A DNA stretch of 47,307 nucleotides from Elusimicrobiota bacterium (GTDB lineage: Bacteria; CG03; SLGR01; JBDRKX01). The notes beneath the pieces were generated by a model. That model had not been told where the DNA came from and ran no database searches. It was given only the letters and a program-made list of their open reading frames with translations. Position 1 is the stretch's first letter, and the number at the start of each line of letters is the position of its first letter. The stretch lies in assembly GCA_043813605.1 (NCBI GenBank), contig JBDRKX010000128.1, positions 1-47,307 on the forward strand. The letters are read 5' to 3'. Below, piece after piece: positions 40,295 through 47,307 of this stretch. The translations under genes were made by a program, and so were the position numbers.

Positions 40295-40343
40295 TATGTA
40301 ATATGTAAAAGTAATTGACATATTACATAATTATGTGTAGTAT
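40295..40343 (+). promoter_or_regulatory. Sigma70-type promoter overlapped by a perfect 12-bp inverted-repeat operator
   Basis: TTGACA 40315-40320, 17 bp, TAGTAT 40338-40343; TATGTAATATGT 40295-40306 / ACATATTACATA 40318-40329. Confidence 0.75.
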
Positions 40344-40349
40344 TTAGTT

Positions 40350-41498
40350 ATGATCAACAGGGAAGTCTCAGTAAAAGTCATAAAATACGCTAAACAGTAC
40401 CCGGTAGTAACGATTACCGGGCCGAGACAGTCGGGAAAGACAACGCTGTCTAAAACCCTTTTTCCCCGGAAAAAGTATGCATCACTTGAGGCTATGGAAA
40501 TCCGGGATCACGCCTCATCAGATCCGAAAGGTTTTCTTGCTCAGTTCCCGGAAGGTGCGGTACTTGATGAGATTCAAAGGGCGCCGCAGCTCACTTCATA
40601 TATCCAGGGTATTGTTGATGAAAAGAACAAGCCCGGAATGTTTATACTTACAGGCAGCCAGAGTTTTGAACTTATGACTTCATTAAGTCAGTCGCTGGCA
40701 GGGAGAATGGCAATAGTCAAGTTATTGCCATTTACTTTAAAGGAAGCGTATAAGGAACCGGGAAAACAGAAAATTGAGGAGGTACTTTACCGGGGCTTGT
40801 ATCCGAGAATACATGATAAAAAACTGAATCCGACAGAAGCAAGCTCATTTTATACTTCAACTTATGTTGAAAGAGACATCCGTTCAATACTGAAAGTGCA
40901 GGATCTGCTCCGTTTTGAGACTTTTTTAAAACTCTGCGCCGGCAGGACCGGACAGGTGCTTAATCTCAGTTCTCTCGGGAACGATTGCGGGATAAGTCAT
41001 AATACGGCAAAAAGCTGGATAACGCTTCTTGAAGCCAGCTTTATTGTAAAGCTTCTTCCTACATACCATGTCAATATTAAAAAAAGGCTGGTTAAATCAC
41101 CAAAATTATATTTTCTTGATTCAGGCCTTGCGGCGTTTCTCATGGGTATAAATGATGCTGATCAGATCGCGTCTCATCCGCTGAGAGGTAATCTGTTTGA
41201 GACATTAGTGTTTGCTGAACTCTTAAAAGCCAGGTATAATACGGGGAAACCGGAAAATCTGTATTTTTTCAGGGACAGCAACGGAAATGAGGTGGATTTT
41301 ATTATCGAAGAGGGGAATACGCTCGGTTGTTATGAGGCAAAAGCGGCGGCTACAATAAGTTCTGATATGTTTAAGGGTTTATTTTTCTTTGCGAAGAATA
41401 TGGATAAAGACACAGTTCAAAGTATCATCTATGGCGGTGATGAGAGCTATGAAAGAAAAGGGGTTAATGTCCAAGCCTGGCATTCACGTATTTCGTGA
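40350..41498 (+). CDS. AAA+ ATPase with DUF4143 domain
   Basis: GPRQSGKTT, LDEIQ, LTGS, SLAGR, KSPKLYFLDSGL, EVDFI..EAK. Confidence 0.92.
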   Translation: MINREVSVKVIKYAKQYPVVTITGPRQSGKTTLSKTLFPRKKYASLEAMEIRDHASSDPKGFLAQFPEGAVLDEIQRAPQLTSYIQGIVDEKNKPGMFILTGSQSFELMTSLSQSLAGRMAIVKLLPFTLKEAYKEPGKQKIEEVLYRGLYPRIHDKKLNPTEASSFYTSTYVERDIRSILKVQDLLRFETFLKLCAGRTGQVLNLSSLGNDCGISHNTAKSWITLLEASFIVKLLPTYHVNIKKRLVKSPKLYFLDSGLAAFLMGINDADQIASHPLRGNLFETLVFAELLKARYNTGKPENLYFFRDSNGNEVDFIIEEGNTLGCYEAKAAATISSDMFKGLFFFAKNMDKDTVQSIIYGGDESYERKGVNVQAWHSRIS

Positions 41499-41586
41499 AG
41501 CGTATAGCGGCTTACGCCGCAGTGAAGCGTAGTTCGTGAAGCGTCGGGTCGCAGTAGCTCCCGTGAAGCGTCGTTCGTGAAGAGTA
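41487..41586. repeat. Modular GTGAAGCG/hairpin repeat array B
   Basis: GTGAAG at 41495, 41522, 41536, 41563, 41577; the same two 27-bp hairpin modules as array A in swapped order. Confidence 0.9.
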
Positions 41587-41618
41587 TCTCGGAAGAAGAA
41601 AAAGAGTAAAGAGTGAAA

Positions 41619-42004
41619 ATGATGGAAGAGAAAACTATAAAGATTTAAAAATATGGCAATTAGGAATGGAAATAGTGACGGATATTTATAGAATGACAAA
41701 AAGATATCCTAAAGAAGAAATATATGGGATCACTAATCAAATGAGACGAGCCTCTGTATCAATTCCTGCCAACATCGCAGAAGGTTTTAATAGATCTCAT
41801 AATAGGGAATACAGACAGTTTTTATACATTGCACTAGGTTCTAGTAGTGAACTGGAAACATTTATAGAAATATCTAATAGGTTGGGTTATATTGACAAAG
41901 AATCCAGCAGAGATATTGAAGAAAAACTAGATCATGAATCCCGCATGATCCGCAATCTTATAAAAAAACTGAATGATTCACTGTGTGAATCCGGTAAAGC
42001 GTGA
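41619..42004 (+). CDS. Four-helix-bundle protein (23S rRNA IVP/bAvd-like family), apparent frameshift near the 5' end
   Basis: NYKDLKIWQ...YPKEEIYGITNQMRRASVSIPANIAEG...ALGSSSELET; the ATGs at 41619/41622 are out of frame with the conserved N-terminus; first in-frame ATG is 41666. Confidence 0.85.
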
Positions 42005-42096
42005 AGCGAATTGCGTATTGCGTATCTCGTGAAGCGTGAAGCGTCGGGTCGCTGGCGCTTCACGTTTCACGTTTTGAATGCCTTTGGCATCAAAAC
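41999..42096. repeat. GTGAAGCG heptamer array C with inverted arm and terminal hairpin
   Basis: GCGTGAA-GCGAATT-GCGTATT-GCGTATC-TCGTGAA-GCGTGAA, inverted GCTTCACG/TTTCACG, then GTTTTG(A)ATGCC-TTT-GGCATCAAAAC. Confidence 0.85.
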
Positions 42097-42111
42097 CCGC
42101 TCTTGCGAAGA

Positions 42112-42160
42112 ATGGCTATATATTATAGCTATGTAATAGCTATAAACTGCCAGTTTACAA
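42112..42160 (+). promoter_or_regulatory. Triple ATAGCTAT-box module followed by TTTACA (copy 1)
   Basis: Boxes at 42112, 42125, 42136; same layout at 44413-44461. Confidence 0.7.
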
Positions 42161-42217
42161 AATTAATAAAAATTACAAATATTTAAAACAATAATAAATG
42201 ACACAAGGGGAATATTT

Positions 42218-43123
42218 ATGAAAGGCAAAATATTGCTGATTGACGACGATCCGCAGTTGCTGAGAAGCATAGAGAAAATGCTGACAAATTATGGTTATGA
42301 TATTACAGCTATCGATAACGGAAGAAAAGCGCTGGAGCTTATCAGTAAGGAAATTTTCAGTTTAATCATCATGGATATAAGGATGCCTGATCAAGACGGA
42401 TTAGAACTGCTGAATACAATACGGGAAATGCAGGGCTGTAATGAGCAAAGTAATGTCATAATAATTACCGGATATGCCAGTGAAGACGCTCCTATCAAGG
42501 CGATAAAGCTTGGCGCTGCGGATTATCTGATGAAGCCCTTTGAGACAGTTGATTTGTTAAGCAGCATAGAGAAGAGCATGAAACTGGTCACTCTGGACAA
42601 AGAAAAGTTTGCTTATCTGAAAAGCCTGAAAGATGTAAATACAAAGCTGACGGAGTCTAATAAAAAAATGCAGCAAGTTTGTGTTCAGCTTGCCAATTCG
42701 CAGAAAATAATCAATGATCAGAATATTATTCTGGAGCATAAGAACATCGCGTTAAAAGAGCTCCTGGCGCAGATAAGCGCGGAAAAACAAAAGATAAGGG
42801 ACGATATCTTCCGGGAAATAGACAGGGAGATAATACCGCTCATAAAAGGCATAAAGACACATAAATACATCAAGCTTAAAAGAATAATAGTAGACAAGAT
42901 AAATGCAATATCTACAGGTGTTGTTCCGTCGCTGCATTATAAAAGAGAGCTGCTCACGCAAAGGGAACGTCAGGTGTCTTACCTTATAAGCCGGGGCCTC
43001 AAATCAAGGGAGATAGCTGCAAGCCTCGGTATAGCCAAAAATACGGTTGATAACATAAGAAAGAATATCCGCAAGAAACTCGGCGCTAAAAAAAAGGAGT
43101 ATCTCAATACGATACTTGAGTAG
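42218..43123 (+). CDS. Response regulator (receiver, coiled coil, LuxR HTH)
   Basis: ILLIDDD, IIMDIRMP, ITGY, KPF; C-terminal LTQRERQV...GLKSREIA. Confidence 0.92.
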   Translation: MKGKILLIDDDPQLLRSIEKMLTNYGYDITAIDNGRKALELISKEIFSLIIMDIRMPDQDGLELLNTIREMQGCNEQSNVIIITGYASEDAPIKAIKLGAADYLMKPFETVDLLSSIEKSMKLVTLDKEKFAYLKSLKDVNTKLTESNKKMQQVCVQLANSQKIINDQNIILEHKNIALKELLAQISAEKQKIRDDIFREIDREIIPLIKGIKTHKYIKLKRIIVDKINAISTGVVPSLHYKRELLTQRERQVSYLISRGLKSREIAASLGIAKNTVDNIRKNIRKKLGAKKKEYLNTILE

Positions 43124-43170
43124 GGCAGCTGTCAGCAGTCAGTTTTCAGCTGTCAGTAATCAGCCGTCAG
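43124..43170. repeat. 7-bp-periodic NNNTCAG array
   Basis: CAG at 43126, 43133, 43140, 43147, 43154, 43161, 43168, directly after a stop codon. Confidence 0.85.
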
Positions 43171-43210
43171 TTTTTTGAAAGTATAAAAATCATCTGCCTA
43201 TTCAAGACGT

Positions 43211-43256
43211 TTGACATTATCACACAATATGTTACACTTGTAACATAAATGTTACA
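43211..43256 (+). promoter_or_regulatory. Promoter and palindromic operator of the MNT-HEPN pair
   Basis: TTGACA 43211, TG-n-TACACT at 43230-43238; TATGTTACA-CT-TGTAACATA 43228-43247 plus a third ATGTTACA at 43249. Confidence 0.75.
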
Positions 43257-43268
43257 AGGAGGAATAGG

Positions 43269-43868
43269 GTGAAATATCATATATCTTTTTTGGATATTTT
43301 AAATTCAAAAACAAAAGTAAATATCATAGAATTCATGCTGAACCATGAAGCTTTGATGAGCGAACGGGAAATCGCTTCCATTTTAAAGGTATCGCATATG
43401 AGTGTGAACAGGACAATGAGAGAGCTTGCCGATATTAACCTTGTAAATTTTGTAACCGTTGGGAAGGCTCACTTATGGAAGATAAACCGCAATAGTTACT
43501 CGTATAAAATTTTATCTAACCTCCTAAAAAATATTTCAAACAAAAGCATGCCATTAAAAGATCTAATAAACGTGATATTGCAGGACCTTCCTGAAAAAAT
43601 AGTTAAAAAAGCAGTTCTGTTCGGTTCTGTATCGAAAGGGACAGAAAAATCGGACAGCGACATAGATCTCTTTATCCTCGTCAGTAATAAGGCGGACAAG
43701 GAAATACTTGAACCGGAAATCGAAAAACTATCGAATAAATGTTTGGAAATATACGGCAATAGATTGGCTCCCTATATTTTAACTACGCATGAATTGAAAC
43801 AAAAAAAAGAATTAAAAATAATTTCTGAAATAGATAAAGGCGTACAAATATATCCCGGGAAAAAATAG
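43269..43868 (+). CDS. wHTH-minimal nucleotidyltransferase (MNT) antitoxin-like protein
   Basis: N-terminal HTH (SEREIASILKVSHMSVNR), LFGSVSKG...SDIDLFIL; AGGAGG RBS. Confidence 0.9.
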   Translation: MKYHISFLDILNSKTKVNIIEFMLNHEALMSEREIASILKVSHMSVNRTMRELADINLVNFVTVGKAHLWKINRNSYSYKILSNLLKNISNKSMPLKDLINVILQDLPEKIVKKAVLFGSVSKGTEKSDSDIDLFILVSNKADKEILEPEIEKLSNKCLEIYGNRLAPYILTTHELKQKKELKIISEIDKGVQIYPGKK

Positions 43869-43871
43869 ACT

Positions 43872-44276
43872 ATGGTTCCAAAACATAAAACCAAGGATGT
43901 GGCAAAGTCATTATATGTTAACTATCTTAAGAAAGCTGAAGAATGCTTCAAAGCTGCAAAAACATCCTGCGCTTCTAAAGAATGGAATGCCGCAACAATC
44001 AATGCTATCCATTCATGCATATCAGCTTGTGATGCCGTATGCGTTTACTTCCTGGGCAAACGTCATTCCGGAGAAAGCCATGGAGATGCCGTTAAACTAT
44101 TCAAGACAATAAAAACCGGCAAAGAAATAGATACGAATGCAGGCAGGCTGACAAGAATTCTCAGCATTAAGAATATCGCGGAATATGAAGAAAGACTTAT
44201 TTTTCAAAAAGAATGTGATAAGGTATTGCGGGATTGTGAACGATTCCTTGATTTCATCAAGAAGCAGTTGCCGTAA
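43872..44276 (+). CDS. HEPN domain protein
   Basis: YLKKAEE, AIHSCISACDA, H..A, KNIAEY; follows the MNT gene. Confidence 0.85.
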   Translation: MVPKHKTKDVAKSLYVNYLKKAEECFKAAKTSCASKEWNAATINAIHSCISACDAVCVYFLGKRHSGESHGDAVKLFKTIKTGKEIDTNAGRLTRILSIKNIAEYEERLIFQKECDKVLRDCERFLDFIKKQLP

Positions 44277-44388
44277 GGTTTTGCTTTGTTTCTTTGTTAG
44301 TTCTTTCAGAAGAACATAAGTATCAATTGTCTCCATATTCATGATCGAAAATTAAAAATCTCCAATAATCAATCAAAAATCCGTATTT

Positions 44389-44408
44389 CTCTCTCTCTCT
44401 CTCTCTCT
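44389..44408. repeat. (CT)10 microsatellite
   Basis: Direct reading. Confidence 0.9.
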
Positions 44409-44412
44409 CAGG

Positions 44413-44461
44413 ATAGCTATTGTATATAGTTATGAAATAGCTATTTATCGGTAGTTTACAA
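44413..44461 (+). promoter_or_regulatory. Triple ATAGCTAT-box module followed by TTTACA (copy 2)
   Basis: Boxes at 44413, 44426, 44437; TTTACA 44455, 17 bp, CAGTAT. Confidence 0.7.
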
Positions 44462-44524
44462 ACCGGTGAATTTTAATCAGTATTTAGTTGCGGGATTGGG
44501 ACAAATGAGACAATAGGGAATACC

Positions 44525-44743
44525 ATGGAATCTAACACCAATTATACAACAGGAGAAATTGCCGTGATCATTGATGTCGAGTACAAGACAGTGGCCCGAT
44601 GGGTGGATAACGGTTCTATAAAGGGGTTTGTCACTCCCGGCGGGCATCGCCGCGTATATAAAGAAGATCTGATAAAATTTCTGGACGAAAACAATATAAA
44701 GATCTCCGAGAAACTGAAAAAGTATGAAAAAACCGATGACTAA
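44525..44743 (+). CDS. Small excisionase/MerR-like HTH DNA-binding protein
   Basis: YTTGEIA...KTVARWVDNG...TPGGHRR. Confidence 0.85.
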   Translation: MESNTNYTTGEIAVIIDVEYKTVARWVDNGSIKGFVTPGGHRRVYKEDLIKFLDENNIKISEKLKKYEKTDD

Positions 44744-44841
44744 AGGATAAGAAATCATAGAATTGTTCGTCAAAATAGATATAAAGTTTAATAAAACAAG
44801 AGAATTACAATATCTTGATATAAATTGTAAGGGGAATATAT

Positions 44842-45960
44842 ATGACTAAAAACACTAAAGCAGCAAGGATATTGATAGCAGACGATGATGATATGATAAT
44901 CAAACTGCTGGATAAGGATTTGACGGAGATGGGATATAAGGTAGCCGGGCAAGCTTTTACAGGAGAAGATGCTGTGACCATGGCGAAAAATTTAAACCCT
45001 GATTTGGCGCTGGTAGATATTGTAATGGGAGGAAAAATTGACGGCATTGCGGCAGCCAGAAAGATAAGCCTGGATTACGGTATCCCTGTCATATTCATTA
45101 CTGCTTATGAGAGCGACCGCATGATAAACAAAGCAAAAAAGACGGTACCGTACGGGTACATTTTAAAACCATTCACACGAAAAGAGGTAAAAGCCGCAAT
45201 AGAAATTGCGCTATATAAAAGAAAAATGGACGAAAAGCAGCGTATTAGAGCTGACAGCGAAAGGTCGGACTTGATCAGACAGGTTGAGTCAACAGAAAAA
45301 CTGGCAACTTTTGGCAGGTTGGCGGGCGCCGTAGCGCATGAGATAAACAACCCTCTTACTTCTTTACTGACCACAGCGGAAATGCTTATTGAAGAGCTGG
45401 ATGAAGATAGCCGGCACAGGTGTGATGTCGAAGAGATCATTGAGCAGTCAAACAGAATAAAAAACACGGTAAAGGGGTTTCTGGGATTTGCGCGAACAAG
45501 GGACTTTAAGCTTGAAAATGAAGATATAAACGGGGTTTTAGACGGAGCTTTAAAGGTGATCGGGCGGGCGAAGATGATGGGTATCAGGTTGATAAAAGAA
45601 TGCGATAATTCTATCGGTAAGATAAAAATAAGCCGGTATCATATTGAAGAGACATTCATAAATATTATTCTAAATGCTGTCAGCAGCATGAATGGAAAAG
45701 GCGTGCTGACAGTCAGTACCTGCAAAAATCAGGATGAGGTAATAGTTGTGTTTAAGGATACGGGGCAGGGAATACTGAAAAAAGATCTTAAACAGATCTT
45801 TAAGCCGTTTTTTACCACTAAAGGACGGTTCAGAGGGACAGGGATAGGATTAACTGCTGCTGCGGTTATAATGAACAGTCACGGCGGTCGGATAGAAGCC
45901 ATCAGCGAAGGGAAAGGTAAGGGCGCAGAATTTAAGTTGATATTCCCGGAATTAAAATAA
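44842..45960 (+). CDS. Hybrid receiver-histidine kinase
   Basis: Receiver (ILIADDD, LVDIVM, KPF), AHEINNPL, NIILNA, DTGQGI, PFFTTK, GTGIGL. Confidence 0.93.
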   Translation: MTKNTKAARILIADDDDMIIKLLDKDLTEMGYKVAGQAFTGEDAVTMAKNLNPDLALVDIVMGGKIDGIAAARKISLDYGIPVIFITAYESDRMINKAKKTVPYGYILKPFTRKEVKAAIEIALYKRKMDEKQRIRADSERSDLIRQVESTEKLATFGRLAGAVAHEINNPLTSLLTTAEMLIEELDEDSRHRCDVEEIIEQSNRIKNTVKGFLGFARTRDFKLENEDINGVLDGALKVIGRAKMMGIRLIKECDNSIGKIKISRYHIEETFINIILNAVSSMNGKGVLTVSTCKNQDEVIVVFKDTGQGILKKDLKQIFKPFFTTKGRFRGTGIGLTAAAVIMNSHGGRIEAISEGKGKGAEFKLIFPELK

Positions 45961-45967
45961 GGCCGGG

Positions 45968-46336
45968 TTATGCGTTCATCAGTATTTCACTGATCTTATT
46001 GCGCAGTGTTGATAGATAAAAAGGTTTCTGAATGAAAGGTATGTTCCTTTTATTGTTCAGCAGGGAATCAGTATCGATTTCCAGGTACCCGCTGATGATA
46101 ATAAATTTAAGGTTCCTGTTTCTTTCCGATAGCATCCTTATCAGTGTTACGCCGTCATAATCCGGCAGTACCAGGTCGCAGATGACAAGGTCGAACCTGC
46201 CTTTTTCTTTTTCAAAAAGTTCAAGCGCTTCAGTAGAACTTGAGGAAAGAACGACTGAATAGTTCGCTTCAAGACCCCTTTTGAAGATCCTGCTCATGGT
46301 ATGATTATCTTCTATGATTAAAAGTTTTTTACGCAT
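45968..46336 (-). CDS. Single-domain response regulator receiver
   Basis: LLIIEDN, VICDLVLP, ISGY, QKPF. Confidence 0.9.
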   Translation of the reverse strand: MRKKLLIIEDNHTMSRIFKRGLEANYSVVLSSSSTEALELFEKEKGRFDLVICDLVLPDYDGVTLIRMLSERNRNLKFIIISGYLEIDTDSLLNNKRNIPFIQKPFYLSTLRNKISEILMNA

Positions 46337-46393
46337 GGTTGAAAAATAATAAGGAAATAATATATACTTATTATTCCCAATATTCCCATAATC

Positions 46394-46422
46394 ATATTAG
46401 TATAATAGAGAGATGTTGTCAA
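46394..46422 (-). promoter_or_regulatory. Sigma70-type promoter for the minus-strand receiver gene
   Basis: Minus strand TTGACA, 17 bp, TAATAT. Confidence 0.55.
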
Positions 46423-46571
46423 GTCTATTGAGGAGAGTCTATTGAGGAGAGATGGCAGCGAGCAGAAAGCAGGAGGCAGATAACAGATAATAGTGATAAG
46501 TGATAAGTTGTAAGGCTGAAGAAATTGCAGATTTAAGATTAAAGATTGCAGATTGAAGAAGTTATAGATTG
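46422..46571. repeat. 14-bp tandem duplication followed by a 7-bp-periodic AG array
   Basis: AGTCTATTGAGGAG x2; GCAGCGA-GCAGAAA-GCAGGAG-GCAGATA-ACAGATA-ATAGTGA-TAAGTGA-TAAGTTG; TTGCAGA-TTTAAGA-TTAAAGA-TTGCAGA-TTGAAGA. Confidence 0.8.
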
Positions 46572-46699
46572 TGTATAAAGTAGTGTATTAGGATGTTATT
46601 AATCGCATTTATACGAAGGAAAGCAATAAATAACGATGAGTAACAACAAATATACAATAAATAACTATTTTTACATAACTATCAATATACTTTTGAAAT

Positions 46700-46740
46700 G
46701 CTTAAAACTTACCACTTATCACTTACCACTAATAACTTGT
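46700..46740. repeat. Inverted 7-bp-periodic array
   Basis: CTT/CTA at 46701, 46708, 46715, 46722, 46729, 46736; CACTTATCACT is the reverse complement of AGTGATAAGTG at 46492. Confidence 0.8.
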
Positions 46741-46759
46741 TTATGATCCCGGATACGGT

Positions 46760-47307
46760 TTATTTCTTGAAAGGCAGATATACCCGGATCTCCGTGCCTT
46801 TGCCCGGCCCTTCGCTGATTGCTTCAATTTTTCCGTTATGATGTTCGGCAATCAGAAGAGAGTTTGACAGGCCGAGGCCGGTCCCTTTCTGTGTATGGAT
46901 GGTATAATCAGGTTCAAAGATCTTCTTTAAGTCCTCTTCCTTTATCCCTTTTCCGGTATCGGCAAAAATTATCAGTATCCCGTCCTGTTCTTTTCCAGTT
47001 GTTATTGTAAGTGTCCCGCTGCCCTCCATACTTTCCAGCGCGTTCTTAATAATATTGACAAATAGCTTCTCAATATGCAGCCGGCTGATTTTGATCTTTA
47101 TGTCAGGTTTATTTAAGTGTTTGATAATCCTATTATTTTTCAGATGTTCTTTTCCGATATTGCGGAGGGCGATTTCCAAAACTTTATTTATATTACATTC
47201 AGTGAAGACATATTCTCCGCTTTTTGAGTAATTAAAAAAATTCTTTACCGAGTCGCGGAGCCGCTTTTAGCGATATCGATGAAACGTATGTAGAGAATTT
47301 CTTGGAA
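46760..47307 (-). pseudogene. C-terminal part of a histidine kinase, running off the window and apparently frameshifted
   Basis: NIIKNA, DTGKGI, GTGLGL; the frame extends upstream (RLRDSVKNFFNYSK) to an in-frame TAA at 47267-47269. Confidence 0.7.

Noticed and set aside
41619..42004. Diversity-generating retroelement (Avd-like gene)
   Set aside because: No reverse transcriptase, and the 384-bp LuxR duplication does not show adenine-specific differences by eye
40092..42096. CRISPR array
   Set aside because: The constant core is only about 8 bp, the inserts recur between arrays, spacing is irregular and no cas genes are present
40092..44383. Classical integron cassette array
   Set aside because: No RYYYAAC...GTTRRRY attC boundaries recognised and no integron integrase in the window

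Overview
Chromosomal region of a diderm bacterium with moderate-to-low GC. (1) 169-13684: a non-canonical Pel exopolysaccharide operon. PelA is split into hydrolase and deacetylase genes, and PelB is split by an apparent frameshift. No pelC is visible. A pseudo-receiver gene and a HEAT-repeat gene are inserted, and PelD lacks the RxxD c-di-GMP site; pelE, pelF and pelG are present. (2) 14047-27593: housekeeping and envelope genes (MarC, L,D-transpeptidase plus M15 peptidase, phosphoketolase-transaldolase, NhaD/ArsB permease, MscS, outer-membrane proteins, EEP hydrolase, cardiolipin synthase). (3) 28272-33160: an AT-rich signalling operon (HAMP histidine kinase, two stand-alone receivers, intact PTS Enzyme I without HPr, receiver-diguanylate cyclase), bounded by gene remnants. 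(4) 33404-37899: SDR, nitroreductase, MATE and Fic genes. (5) 37940-47307: a patchwork of two-component/LuxR genes, one broken by an IS21 remnant. Interleaved are small self-promoted cassettes (AAA-DUF4143, four-helix bundle, MNT-HEPN) whose boundaries are marked by modular GTGAAGCG/hairpin repeat arrays and 7-bp-periodic repeats. The best candidates for undescribed biology are this repeat-delimited cassette system and the Enzyme I/two-component/diguanylate cyclase operon. All family assignments are from motif recognition by eye; no searches were run.
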